From positions 89,448 through 153,447 of IMG/VR virus record IMGVR_UViG_3300020037_009644: a DNA stretch of 64,000 nucleotides. One strand, written 5' to 3'. The notes below the pieces were generated by a model, which saw nothing but the letters and a program-made list of their open reading frames with translations, was not told where the DNA came from and ran no database searches. Source of the stretch: a virus. Its lineage: Duplodnaviria; Caudoviricetes. Of this stretch, positions 20,501-29,833 are shown piece by piece (positions within the stretch are counted from its first letter, which is position 1; the number at the start of each line of letters is the position of its first letter). The translations under genes and the position numbers were made by a program.

Positions 20501-22548
20501 AAGGTATTAAAGTTGTATGGCTGACCTGTTACCAAGAGAGAGAGGACGTTCATAACGTCTTGCCCGGCAAAAGGATCGTTGGTTATGACCGGACTTGTTT
20601 CGTTACGAAGCGAGCCGGTTCCAAAAGCGTGAGGAGCCCCGGCAGCGGTCAACGTTCCGATACCCTGCTTCCAGCGGTAAACCATTCCTGCTGGATCGTG
20701 CATCTTGTTTCTGAATTTGGATGAGGCGACATTTTCAGGAGTCAGAATTTCGATGTCACGAATATTGTAGGTATCCTCTTGAAACTTTAGACCCTTATTC
20801 CTTCCGGAGGAAAATTTAACACAGCCCGAATTAATCAGAGCGACGTTTTCGTCTAGAAGAGGCGGGATTTCTCCGTTAATCAGTCCGGTTGAAAGATCGT
20901 AGTTTATTTTAAACGGAGTCAATGGGTCGTAGAGAGAGCTGTCGATAACCGAGACCGACGGTTTGATATTGAGTTGACCCATATTAAGATAGTGACAATT
21001 ATCTTTGGCAGAAATGGTCATCCCATAAAACCCACCGTTAGAATTGTGGGTTACGTTGTCGACGATACCGGAGAAAATTTGAGGACCGACTGATGAGCGG
21101 GTAAACTCAGATCGAAGGAGCGTCCACAACCAGAGAGGAAAATCAGGTCCGGCAATAGCATCTTTCTCGGCTGCAATAAAGCTATCCTTGCTGCCCGAGA
21201 ATCCGGCAACGATATTTTCAATGGAGGAGTCGACCGAACCGATGGCAGTATTAATCTTACTCAAAATGTTGTCGTTCCAGCTGGCATTAAAGCCTTGGGC
21301 AATTCTGGCATCGGTGGAAGTTTGCGAGGAGACAAAAAGATGGACAACGTCGTTAACCCCGACGATACATTTGTTGTCGAATTCAAGCATCAATCGATCA
21401 CGAATGAAATTAGTTCCCTCGTTGAATTCCTTGATCGTATTTCTTCGAGAATCTTCGAGACCCATCGAGAGATACATATTTTGGATAATTTGGGTAAAAA
21501 TTGGAACTTCGATTAGAGAGAGACCGTTGGCTCCCAAGGTCGCCGAGGCGTCGAGTTGGATTGCCGAATTAAATCCGAGAACTCCGCCGTCATAGGTAAA
21601 AATAATCTCTCGACCTTCTTCGTCGATGACGGCGCGGATCCGTTTGAAAAGAAGTGAGTTGCTATTTTGAAGAAATTTGATTTGAGGGACCGATCGAGAA
21701 ATACGAAGCTTGGTCAATTGGCTTTGCAAGTCTTTGATGCTCTCGTCGAGAAGTCCGGCGGTGCTATTGAAAAATGGATTGTTGGTTATTCCGGAGGTGT
21801 CCGAAATCGCCTTTTCGATATCCAACGAAGAAATGACCATTATTTTATTGGGATCTTCGATGTTAAAAGACCCAGACCCTTCGCCAAATCTCGTCGAGAC
21901 GGTTGTTTGAAATGATGAGAGGGTTGTTAGTTCTATGACTCCGGTTCCTTCTCCAACGTCTGCAAGATAAGGAACGGCAGATGTATTGACCCAGGTCGTT
22001 ACTTCGTTGGGATCGGAAAGATTTTTGACGTTCTTGAGAAAATCGAGAGTCGCCAAGGTCGATCCCGAAATCAATCCAGGGCTCAGAATATTTAAAGTAT
22101 CGACCGAAGAATAAACCTGAGAGAGGGTATAAGAATTTAACCCTCCCGAAGCTTTGGCGATTTTTTCGATCTTAGAAAGGCGTTCGTGAGCTGCAATTAG
22201 GCGACACTTGTTGTAAAATAATCGCTTGAGAGCCTTGATGTAGTTCTTTTCTTGATCATTCATCAGGTCGTAGCGGTAGTTTTCGGCGAGAGAAGAGAAG
22301 TGGCGCTTTTTGATAACAAGAACCGCTTCCGGATTCTGCATTAGGATCTCGAGATTTCTTGGACGAATGTTATTCCGAGATCCGTCCTGCACATACCTTC
22401 TTTCTTCGCTTTTATCTATCGCTTGCTGAAACGGACCGAGCTTGGTATAATCGTAGGGATTACCCGGATTGGTTGGAACGTTTTCGTAAACGCCAAACTG
22501 CTCGTTAACATAGCCTCGAAGAGAGTCTCCCAGTGATTCAAAACTCAT
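17560..22548 (-). CDS. Baseplate hub (gp27-like) protein (1662 aa)
   Basis: 'QIFSGIVDNV...TISAKD', 'LELFADSQGHINARPP', 'GSLTSRGNEYLQAGE' resemble hub motifs; lies between tube initiator and spike. Confidence 0.65.
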   Translation of the reverse strand: MSFESLGDSLRGYVNEQFGVYENVPTNPGNPYDYTKLGPFQQAIDKSEERRYVQDGSRNNIRPRNLEILMQNPEAVLVIKKRHFSSLAENYRYDLMNDQEKNYIKALKRLFYNKCRLIAAHERLSKIEKIAKASGGLNSYTLSQVYSSVDTLNILSPGLISGSTLATLDFLKNVKNLSDPNEVTTWVNTSAVPYLADVGEGTGVIELTTLSSFQTTVSTRFGEGSGSFNIEDPNKIMVISSLDIEKAISDTSGITNNPFFNSTAGLLDESIKDLQSQLTKLRISRSVPQIKFLQNSNSLLFKRIRAVIDEEGREIIFTYDGGVLGFNSAIQLDASATLGANGLSLIEVPIFTQIIQNMYLSMGLEDSRRNTIKEFNEGTNFIRDRLMLEFDNKCIVGVNDVVHLFVSSQTSTDARIAQGFNASWNDNILSKINTAIGSVDSSIENIVAGFSGSKDSFIAAEKDAIAGPDFPLWLWTLLRSEFTRSSVGPQIFSGIVDNVTHNSNGGFYGMTISAKDNCHYLNMGQLNIKPSVSVIDSSLYDPLTPFKINYDLSTGLINGEIPPLLDENVALINSGCVKFSSGRNKGLKFQEDTYNIRDIEILTPENVASSKFRNKMHDPAGMVYRWKQGIGTLTAAGAPHAFGTGSLRNETSPVITNDPFAGQDVMNVLSLLVTGQPYNFNTFMKSSVNSGMITRDELFNQSWSESFLKGLISDISKSNSVWGNFVPFKKMIINNEAYNFLRSGEFDITTATRKISQLLSDRSERFDQLTTIFPDLANNPQFYKVDVNGKINVDTSILSGLDKNSITNLAKDIIDLDYQIQQQQNFFQEESQRANIRTADGALRIVGDDITYDPTLTDQDSALTENDQRKAQESFRKKIFELTQRRFFKVKANQDINYFIVDDSYDKNYDIQAFESSIAGALSTFKSTYTKIGDQAKMVSDLLGLELFADSQGHINARPPMYNRIPSSVMYEMLKKKNVQGVQIFPKYLESLFYHQVQGLTSKIEVLEDQIRLRTTALGSIDDSSSADLLSGSSMPNVSASSLRFIFLTTENDGKLGGQSLRNLLMQAEPDFAQEINQQALSELSSSLQYPNNSQINFDIVKRVSVTNSVDTFDLGAVSGDSLSLRFETITTRLKNQNISVPTFADLLPNNKSAIGRGISQIDIFSLTKQLASLIAERQGVIKLLSGALKNLNQGIQVNADIDPAKGSLLSSINKDVALPQILEHMIEDESIDDLGEGSGKRYIIKDVDIISFSLSEKGPDWTVAEVNGSISNNLVQGASGLEIGQSGNFVSSALAVDYDMWRQYGFRGHNAISMPLLSDPESQCGPYAVWLLNQARKKIFTGSLTSRGNEYLQAGEVSYIVDRDLLMYNESVLTSFTYGQSFTSSINLTFAHKPGQFIPTPLDIIGKGLYTNRNQADLIKHVRNDDPSGNIPITVIVSDNTETGNVDDDNLGEQDQMTQLVSNSFGTQNRQNLATLALSTSGLLTPTRDTNSLSIEIRLYYNSDLGFDAPDLTLSKFAASIQSWLANPSKFSLSSNSPSVISDNQNNVPIDATQVQIVEIDLATSSESPSSQAWSIARSLAINSTSATISQGSDIVNPEGLSQAERDNLFYKVIDVWAVFSDPPTETLDSFDQSTDPKDQADQMMREKYLKNFSEAINATS

Positions 22549-22565
22549 GTATTTTACTTTATCTT

Positions 22566-23408
22566 TTAAATGTTGGTATTTTTGGGAACGGCAACCTGAT
22601 TCTCGACAAGGGTCGAATAAGAATAAGGTCTGCCATGTCGAGGATCTGTTCTTGAAGGTCCAGAGGTTGCCGAACGATGCCAGCCAAGAAAGTTCTGACG
22701 AAAGCCGCGAGTTTGAGTCGCAATGAAAGCAATTTGATAGGTAAACATACCCATGTTATTGACATCTTCGGTAACTGCAAAATCGTCGAAGTATCCTCGG
22801 TAAACTCGTCCGGCGTGATACATCTCGACGGTAAAAGCCAGAGAAGCGAGTGACGGAGGGCTTTGAGCTGCCGAAGGAATAAATGATTGACTTCCTGAAA
22901 GAATTGAGGTTAGAAATGATTCACCGGCGTTAAGAGCCGAGTCTTCGCCGAAAACATTTCCGGCAAGAACCTCGGCATTGGCTTGGGCTTCAAGATAGAG
23001 GGCGTAGGGATCGAAGGAAAGTTGTTCGTTACGATAGATATCTCGAAGAACGTTAATTCCCTCAATGCCCGAGGTTCCGGTGGTTCCAGATAACGTAATG
23101 CGAGTCAGCTCTTCCCCCCAATATTGAAGAACGAATCCACCTTTGGTTCTTGTTGGCTGATTAGATTTTTTCTCGGAGACGACCATGTTCTGAGGGTTGA
23201 TGTACATCTGAACCAGAGGTCCCTCGGGAACCAGCCAATGAATGATCTGGCGCGTGTCTGTAGCCGCTCGGTTGTTTGGGAGGCGAGATTGTCTCGTCCC
23301 GTAACCGAAAGATGATGGGGCGGTATTTCCAGGCAACCCGCTATCTTTAACGCCGGCGTTAAATAACGAAAGGAAAAGATCGTTTGGTTCAGATGGAAGA
23401 GTAGGCAT
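22566..23408 (-). CDS. Tail tube initiator / baseplate tube-like protein (280 aa)
   Basis: 'MYINPQNM...TRTKGGFVLQYWGEELTRITLSGTTG...YRGYFDDFAVTED'; directly after tape measure. Confidence 0.7.
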   Translation of the reverse strand: MPTLPSEPNDLFLSLFNAGVKDSGLPGNTAPSSFGYGTRQSRLPNNRAATDTRQIIHWLVPEGPLVQMYINPQNMVVSEKKSNQPTRTKGGFVLQYWGEELTRITLSGTTGTSGIEGINVLRDIYRNEQLSFDPYALYLEAQANAEVLAGNVFGEDSALNAGESFLTSILSGSQSFIPSAAQSPPSLASLAFTVEMYHAGRVYRGYFDDFAVTEDVNNMGMFTYQIAFIATQTRGFRQNFLGWHRSATSGPSRTDPRHGRPYSYSTLVENQVAVPKNTNI

Positions 23409-23423
23409 GATTATTTCCGACCA

Positions 23424-25499
23424 TTATGTTAAATTTTGACCCATGTGATTAGCATGAATTTGTCCGAGGTTATACTTGCCTATTTCAGCCTGAGCAACGT
23501 TGAGCGCCATGGTCTTTTGACAATCGGGACACATTGAGACGGCGGAGAAAGTAACCGACTGTTGCTGCGGCGGAGAGTCTGAAGAATTATTCTTGCTGTC
23601 CCTAGCATCTTGTTTGGTTGCCCAGTCGTTGATCTCCCCACGAGTCGCTGGGCTGATAGCATCGATGGCATCGTTGGTCATAAGACCCTCGGTATCGACT
23701 TCCCATGATTTGAATTTATTTTTAAGGGCATCTACAAAAGAGTCAATATCTTTGACACCATCAAGAAAATTACCAATACCCTCAACTATTTTTTCATTTG
23801 GTCGGGGTTGATAGAGACCTGGATCGGTTGGGAACGTTGGATTGTTTGCCGAGGTCGTGCTCGCCTCTCTCATTTGAGCTCTAATCGTCTCTGCTGATTG
23901 AGTATCACCTTCGCCTGGTCCGATAGTTGCCCTGACGGTTTGGTTAAGAGACATCTGGGTATTTGCGGCAATTTCTTGAGCGTAACCAGAAATAAAATTG
24001 AGGAGTGTATTATTTCTTTCCTCGAATTTAGCACCCTTTTCAAGATTTTCTTGAAGGAGCGTATCAGAATCTTTGGCAATTGGGGAAGTCATTCCACCCT
24101 TCATAGCCTCAAAAAATTTATAGGCTTCAGCTTCGTTGTTGACCAATTTGGTTGGTCCGGAGGTAATCAACTGAACCTGCTTGGTTAGCTGGCGAGCGGC
24201 GCCTTCATCTTTCGCTGCATCCTCGAGGGTTACAATTCTGCCACCAAATTGTTTCATCAAAGAAGTTTCCGCCATCTTTTGAATCTCATCGAATTTACCC
24301 TGAGATTTGAGAAGCTCGATTTGGTATCCACCTTGCAACCCTCCAGCTCCACCAGAAGATGACGAGAGAAAAGATCGTTCGGCAAGCTTCATGCCGCCAA
24401 GATTTCCGGTAATATCGGTCAGCATCTCTTTGATTGCCTCGGGACCCAACTTGGCATTTTTGAGCGCCGGACCCAGTCTCTCGACAACGCGGATAGCTGC
24501 CTCGGAATTGTTGCCGAAGAACTTGAACGAAGCGCTGGCTTGATCGGTATAGCTTTTAATGAATTGAAGAGGAATTTTTAACTCGTTGGTCGCATCTTGC
24601 AGGGCTGAAACGTAGCGAAGAGAATCTTCAAACCCCTTGCTGGTAGAATCGCCAAAACGATTGTAGAGATCGGTAATTTCTCCGAAAACATCTTTGAAAG
24701 ACATTCCGGAGCCGGTGGCTGTTTTCAGAGCGGCGTCAAGAAGACCGTATTGGCGAGAGCCGTCGGAGGCTCCCATAATGTTGGCAGACAAAGCTCCGGG
24801 AAGTTGAAAGAGCGTCGAGCCGAATTTTTCTACCTGAGAGGTCGAGAGTCCGGTTGCGAGGGCAACGTCGGTGTTCATTTTAGAATAAGCGACCATTTTT
24901 CTTTCGAGAAGATCGTAGTTATCACCCGTCTCGCCGAGAACTTCGGACAGTTGACCCGAGGCAGCGGCAACCTGAATCATCGAAGATTCAGCTTGCTTGA
25001 CAGCATCGGAGTTTTTAGCCATGTCGTTTAAAACATCCACTATTTTAGATTTGGGGTCGATATTAAATAATCGAATAAGATCACTGACATTCTCTGTCAA
25101 ATTACCAGCAGTCGTATCTGTATCTCCAATTAGTTTATTAAGCGCTCCGAAAGATGCTGGGGGCGGAAACCTTGAAAGCGTAATAAGATCAGCTGTTACG
25201 TCTGTAACAAGCATGCCAAATTTTTTAATGCTATCACCACTAAACCCTAAACTAGTCGCAAGTTTTCCAGTAAGATCTTTAGCTCCCTCGGCAATTTCAA
25301 ATAATGATTTAGTTATTTCTTCTGCTGTTTTTCCAAATGATGCTCCTGCACTTTTTGACATCTCGATGACTTTTCCCATCGAGTCTTTATATTTTTCAGC
25401 AAACTTATCGAAACCCAAAGAAAGATCTTTAAGAATATCCTGAGCTTCCTGAGGAGTTTTATTTTTGAGAAACTCTATTAGATCGGGTGTGTCAGGCAT
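23424..25499 (-). CDS. Tape measure protein (691 aa)
   Basis: Helical A/G/L/K/S-rich sequence; canonical position after the frameshifted chaperone. Confidence 0.7.
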   Translation of the reverse strand: MPDTPDLIEFLKNKTPQEAQDILKDLSLGFDKFAEKYKDSMGKVIEMSKSAGASFGKTAEEITKSLFEIAEGAKDLTGKLATSLGFSGDSIKKFGMLVTDVTADLITLSRFPPPASFGALNKLIGDTDTTAGNLTENVSDLIRLFNIDPKSKIVDVLNDMAKNSDAVKQAESSMIQVAAASGQLSEVLGETGDNYDLLERKMVAYSKMNTDVALATGLSTSQVEKFGSTLFQLPGALSANIMGASDGSRQYGLLDAALKTATGSGMSFKDVFGEITDLYNRFGDSTSKGFEDSLRYVSALQDATNELKIPLQFIKSYTDQASASFKFFGNNSEAAIRVVERLGPALKNAKLGPEAIKEMLTDITGNLGGMKLAERSFLSSSSGGAGGLQGGYQIELLKSQGKFDEIQKMAETSLMKQFGGRIVTLEDAAKDEGAARQLTKQVQLITSGPTKLVNNEAEAYKFFEAMKGGMTSPIAKDSDTLLQENLEKGAKFEERNNTLLNFISGYAQEIAANTQMSLNQTVRATIGPGEGDTQSAETIRAQMREASTTSANNPTFPTDPGLYQPRPNEKIVEGIGNFLDGVKDIDSFVDALKNKFKSWEVDTEGLMTNDAIDAISPATRGEINDWATKQDARDSKNNSSDSPPQQQSVTFSAVSMCPDCQKTMALNVAQAEIGKYNLGQIHANHMGQNLT

Positions 25500-25513
25500 G
25501 GTTTCTCATTATA

Positions 25514-25906
25514 TCAATTGTTGCTGTTGGAGAATCGGCGGCGTTTTCTTTGTTCCTTGGCGAGCTTGGCTAACTTCAGAGCTTTCTTTTTTATGGGGAC
25601 AAGAGGAGTTTGGTCCAAGGTTTCCATGATCTTGTCGAATTGTTCGTCGTCCATTTCGATAGTATTCTTCTCTTGATCTAATATCTTTCGAGCCATCGAA
25701 GGATTGGCGAAGGATCCTAGAAAGACAGCATAATCTTTATCTTTTTTGGATTGCTCGATAAGATCTTCTCTGTACGAATAATACATCCAGAGATATGTCA
25801 AAATGTTTTCTGGATCCAAGATCTCCTGAATCGTTGGACTATCGAGAGGGGAGCAAAATGTTTTGCAGAGATACCAAAGAAATTTTTGGTCAGGCTCCCC
25901 AACTAT
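25514..25906 (-). CDS. C-terminal extension of tail assembly chaperone (G-T-like), reached by -1 frameshift; includes the 101-aa ORF
   Basis: The -1 frame is open from the A7 slippery run (IVGEPDQKFLWYLCKTF...) into the 25514..25819 ORF, which itself starts only at a TTG. Confidence 0.75.
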   Translation of the reverse strand: MVGEPDQKFLWYLCKTFCSPLDSPTIQEILDPENILTYLWMYYSYREDLIEQSKKDKDYAVFLGSFANPSMARKILDQEKNTIEMDDEQFDKIMETLDQTPLVPIKKKALKLAKLAKEQRKRRRFSNSNN

Positions 25907-25912
25907 TTTTTT
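25848..25912 (-). promoter_or_regulatory. Programmed -1 frameshift signal: A AAA AAA plus downstream GGGGAGC/GCTCCCC stem
   Basis: Heptamer at 25906-25912 just before the TAG; 7-bp GC-rich stem begins 5 nt downstream. Confidence 0.75.
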
Positions 25913-26568
25913 ATTTCTTCTATAACCTCTTTGGGAGAATCGATGACGAGATCTTGCTTCAGCTCGCTATACACCTCCCAAAGCTTTGAAACTTCTTCCT
26001 CTCTCATCTCGTCAAGAAGAGCGAGGACCGAGGATGGACCGCTACCTCCGAGAACGTAGGCGAGATCTTTTCCGTTGATTGCAAAAAGAGAGCGGGCAAG
26101 AGTCTGATCTCGAAAATCAAAGCTGAGAAGAGCTTCGCTCTTTGGAGTTTCGTCAGCCATTTGGATTAAAATTTCGCGAAGCTCTTTCTTCTTTAGGCTT
26201 TGCAAAGAATAGGTTACCCCGTTGATCGTGACATCCTTCTGCGAGCGCTTGATTCCGAGAAGAACTTCGAGCTTGGATTTTGATTTCGGCGAGATTGGCT
26301 CTTGTTTAACCTTGGCTTTGGTGACCAATTTGGCAAGAGCTTCCTTGTCTTCTCGATAATCAATAAAAGCTTCATCCTCCGATTCGAAAGAAGAGGCTGA
26401 GGCTTCGGCTTCCATGATGACCGGTGGTTGCGAAACAAATTGTTCCTCGTTGGGGACAGTGAGAATTCGTTTGGGCACCGATTTAAATGGCAGCTCTTGT
26501 TTTTCGGCAGCTCCCATTTCCGCAAAACGACGACGACCGACAGGAGAATTTAGTTCGTTCAATTTCAT
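25903..26568 (-). CDS. Tail assembly chaperone (221 aa)
   Basis: Between tube and tape measure; 'DVTINGVTYSLQSL'; ends ATA AAA AAA TAG; AAGGA SD. Confidence 0.75.
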   Translation of the reverse strand: MKLNELNSPVGRRRFAEMGAAEKQELPFKSVPKRILTVPNEEQFVSQPPVIMEAEASASSFESEDEAFIDYREDKEALAKLVTKAKVKQEPISPKSKSKLEVLLGIKRSQKDVTINGVTYSLQSLKKKELREILIQMADETPKSEALLSFDFRDQTLARSLFAINGKDLAYVLGGSGPSSVLALLDEMREEEVSKLWEVYSELKQDLVIDSPKEVIEEIKK

Positions 26569-26583
26569 AAATAGATTCCTTGT

Positions 26584-26622
26584 AAAATAAAAGGGAGAAT
26601 GATGAAAATCATCTTTCTCCCC
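26584..26622 (-). terminator. Intrinsic terminator/attenuator after the tube gene
   Basis: GGGAGAAAGATGA-TTT-TCATCATTCTCCC followed by TTTTATTTT on the minus strand. Confidence 0.65.
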
Positions 26623-26658
26623 ATCAATATATCAGAGTTTTAGCTTAATTAGCTGATA

Positions 26659-27285
26659 TTAAGTGTTTTCGTTCATGTACGCGTTCAAAAGACCTGCTTG
26701 ATCAAGGGCGCCTGTAAATGCACCTCTATCCGCCTGTTGCTCGAAGGCGTTGAGAACTAGCGGAGCGCCGTTGCCATTGCCGACCGAAGTAATAACGTTA
26801 CCTCCGTTGATCTGGCTGTAGATTCGTTCAGCCTTAAAACTACAGCTTTCTTCGATGATAAATCCTTCGGCGTTGTATGTAAAGTTCAAATTATCGAACC
26901 AGACATCTTCGACGATGGTAATCAAAGCATTAGACTCGTCCGCGTCGGCAAAGATGTCTTGAATTTCGATATCGAAAGGAATTCGTTGCGAATGAACGTG
27001 AATATATCCTCGATTGGTTGCCTCGATAAGTCTTTTGCGATCGTAGCGATACCGATTGATCGATCCCGAGATTTGGGTACTCCGATTGGGGGCGGAGTCG
27101 ATAACTCCGTCCGTTCCAATCTCGGAAATCATCGAGATGTCTCTTTGTTCGGTCAGCTGGAAAGTTTTGACAGCTCCTAGAACCAAGCCGTCAACCTTAA
27201 TCAGAATGTTGGTTGCAAGATGGACCTTGGTGGCATTATTACCCTGAGAGTCCCGAATTGCTGTCCCTGTATTTCGTGTAGGCAT
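26659..27285 (-). CDS. Tail tube protein (208 aa)
   Basis: Directly after sheath; 'ILIKVDGLVLGAVKTFQLTEQR...ISEIGTD', 'PFDIEIQD', 'IIEESCSFKAE'. Confidence 0.8.
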   Translation of the reverse strand: MPTRNTGTAIRDSQGNNATKVHLATNILIKVDGLVLGAVKTFQLTEQRDISMISEIGTDGVIDSAPNRSTQISGSINRYRYDRKRLIEATNRGYIHVHSQRIPFDIEIQDIFADADESNALITIVEDVWFDNLNFTYNAEGFIIEESCSFKAERIYSQINGGNVITSVGNGNGAPLVLNAFEQQADRGAFTGALDQAGLLNAYMNENT

Positions 27286-27308
27286 GTTTAGCTAATGATT
27301 CCTATGGA

Positions 27309-29762
27309 TTAAAAGTTACCTAGTTCAAATTCAACGTAGATCCAGTTGATTGGATAACGGGGGCGAATTCTAGCTGTGAAGTCCCATTGACGAGGCTCGA
27401 TTTCGTTTTGAGAAACCTTCGGGCTATCGTAGCTCGAGATAAATCCGGCGGAGACGAGACCCTTGAGAAACTTGTCAAACTTAGCCTGAAGAGTTCCTTT
27501 GATTCCGCGAGATTCCGGCATGCCGATGTAGGGTTTAAGTGCAACACGAGCGGCTCGAGCAACGATGTCTCGGATGGCGACGATTGAATCTTCTTCTTCC
27601 TCGGCGGCTCCCGATTGAGTCGTTGTTTTGCCCCAGAGGCATTCAACTCCTCCGGCGACCGGAACAAGGACATTGACCCCGGCGGCGAGGAGATCTCGAC
27701 GAACTTGGGGCGTCAGAAGCTTATCAGAGAGAATTGTGATTCCCGTGAAAGTTTTGTTGGTCATCGGAACGGCGGGGTTCGGAAGAGCGGCAACCCATCC
27801 GGCAGCAGCGCAAGCCGAGAAGAGACCATCTACGAGAGTATTTTCTCCGGCAATATTAACGACCACCTCATCTGGGTAGAAGTAAACAGCGCGGAAGGTA
27901 TCACCCCAGCCGTCGGGAACAGAATAATTCGTCAGGTCCTCGACGTTGCCGTCAAGAATTTCATTGATCGAGTCTCCTTGAATTCCTTCCAATATTCCGA
28001 GATCTTCGACCGCGGCATCTTCTCGACCAAGAAGATTGTCGGGGGTCAGTCCCGCAATTGCTCCGGTGTACATTCGGCGCTCTTTTTTGTTAAGCGAGGT
28101 GCTCATCGCTTCACAGTGAGCTTTGCAAGCTTGAAGAATTCCGGAAATCGTTTGTGAAGGGAGAGGGATGACAATGTCAACGTCGATTTTTTCGAGAGCT
28201 TCGAAGGCATCAGCCCAACCAGCATCATAGAAATCAGCATCTTTGTCGTCGACGAGAGTAACTCGAAGAGAAGCTCCGGCAGCCGGGGCAAGATCTTGGG
28301 TCATTAAAACACGGCAAGAAGTTTCGGTATCGTCGATGACTTCGAACTCAACACCTGATTCGTCGGTAAACGATCCGCTAGAGATCGTCGCAATTCCGTT
28401 TGAAACCGAGGCGATGGTATAAGTTCCAGCATTCGAAGCCGGCTCGAGAATTTTCACCGAACGACCCACATCATTGGCGTCGAAGAGAACGACGCTAGAA
28501 TCTAGAGTTGCCGATGAGGGACCAACCGAAGCGATAACTCCATCGTCAGCAGATTTAGCAACGGCGTCCGTCTGGATTACCGTATATGAATATTCCAAAG
28601 AGGTGCTTTGAATAAACGCCGAGGGATTCGAGGAATAGGTCGGATCGTAGAAATCAACCTTGTTGGGAAAGATTTGAGTCTCAACTCCGGTGCTAGCCGA
28701 GGTTAAGAAAAAATGGACATTGGAGTCAGCGTCAGGAAGAACTCCGAGAGGAAGAGGGAAGTTGAGATCGTCGTCCTGATCGTTGCCCGAGGCTGAATCT
28801 TCCAATTCGTAGGAGACCCTGCGAGGGACGGCAGGCTTGGTTTGCAACGCAAAAACTCCGGGAGGAGAATTGGCAAAAGCAATTTGAGCTCCGAGGGAAA
28901 GTCGATTGGTGATCGAAGGGGATCCGTGTTTGATTTGAAGCTTATCGTTATTCGTAAAGAAAACCGGGGTGTTCAAATCAGATTCGGCAATATAGCTAAT
29001 GGTTAGCGATTGTCCTTTAAGAAGGGCTCCACCCTTAACCTTGAGAGTAAACTTATCTCCCTCGATAAAATAGGTTGTTCCCTCATTTATTGCAAATGAA
29101 AGAATTTCGTTAGAAACAGTCACGCCATCGCTTTTCCAGGTTACGACGTTGCCGTAGCCGTCGAGAGGAGAGCCGGAAACAGTTCCTTGAGCAACAAATT
29201 GAGCGAAACCGGGAATAACGTCGCCGTAACCGTCACGACGAACAGAGGTGCATTTGATCGTCCAGGTTTCAGTCGGAGCATTAAGATCGGAGAGGGTTAG
29301 ATTGGAGATGTAGCCGTCGCCAGTATTAAGCGAAGAGGCGAGATAGAAAGCTCCGCCAAGATCTACCAGGGAGGCAGTCTGCAATTCAAGATGACCTGTT
29401 TCGATATCAACTCGATAATCGTATCGTGAGGAAAAAGATCCTGAATTGGCGTCGAAAGATTGTTCTAGCCCGGCAAGAGTTACTCCGCTCTTCGCAACGG
29501 TAAAGCGGTTGCTGATGATTGGGTAAAGTGAAGTTTTGAAATGACGACCGTCGGTGTCAACCGACGTTGAGGTGTACTCGGGATTAAATCCATCTGATCC
29601 TCCGCCAAGAGCCTGAGAGACCAGCGTTTCGAATCTTTGACCTTCGCCCATGATGGCGAGAGTTTGAACACCGCTGGGCGAAGAAAGTCCAGAGGCAACA
29701 GTCTTGACACTGACGTAAACTGACGGCTCTGCGCCGTTACTTCCTGGAAATTGTGCCGCCAT
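27309..29762 (-). CDS. Contractile tail sheath protein with insertion domains (817 aa)
   Basis: N-terminal 'PSVYV'; 'WADAFEALEK', 'KAHCEAMSTSLNKKERR', 'LLAAGVNVL', C-terminal 'PRYPINWIYVEF'. Confidence 0.9.
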   Translation of the reverse strand: MAAQFPGSNGAEPSVYVSVKTVASGLSSPSGVQTLAIMGEGQRFETLVSQALGGGSDGFNPEYTSTSVDTDGRHFKTSLYPIISNRFTVAKSGVTLAGLEQSFDANSGSFSSRYDYRVDIETGHLELQTASLVDLGGAFYLASSLNTGDGYISNLTLSDLNAPTETWTIKCTSVRRDGYGDVIPGFAQFVAQGTVSGSPLDGYGNVVTWKSDGVTVSNEILSFAINEGTTYFIEGDKFTLKVKGGALLKGQSLTISYIAESDLNTPVFFTNNDKLQIKHGSPSITNRLSLGAQIAFANSPPGVFALQTKPAVPRRVSYELEDSASGNDQDDDLNFPLPLGVLPDADSNVHFFLTSASTGVETQIFPNKVDFYDPTYSSNPSAFIQSTSLEYSYTVIQTDAVAKSADDGVIASVGPSSATLDSSVVLFDANDVGRSVKILEPASNAGTYTIASVSNGIATISSGSFTDESGVEFEVIDDTETSCRVLMTQDLAPAAGASLRVTLVDDKDADFYDAGWADAFEALEKIDVDIVIPLPSQTISGILQACKAHCEAMSTSLNKKERRMYTGAIAGLTPDNLLGREDAAVEDLGILEGIQGDSINEILDGNVEDLTNYSVPDGWGDTFRAVYFYPDEVVVNIAGENTLVDGLFSACAAAGWVAALPNPAVPMTNKTFTGITILSDKLLTPQVRRDLLAAGVNVLVPVAGGVECLWGKTTTQSGAAEEEEDSIVAIRDIVARAARVALKPYIGMPESRGIKGTLQAKFDKFLKGLVSAGFISSYDSPKVSQNEIEPRQWDFTARIRPRYPINWIYVEFELGNF

Positions 29763-29833
29763 TTTCAGTGATCCTTAAATGATTTTTGAAAGGTTTTATG
29801 TGCCAACATTCTATGGAGATATTGGATTATGCG

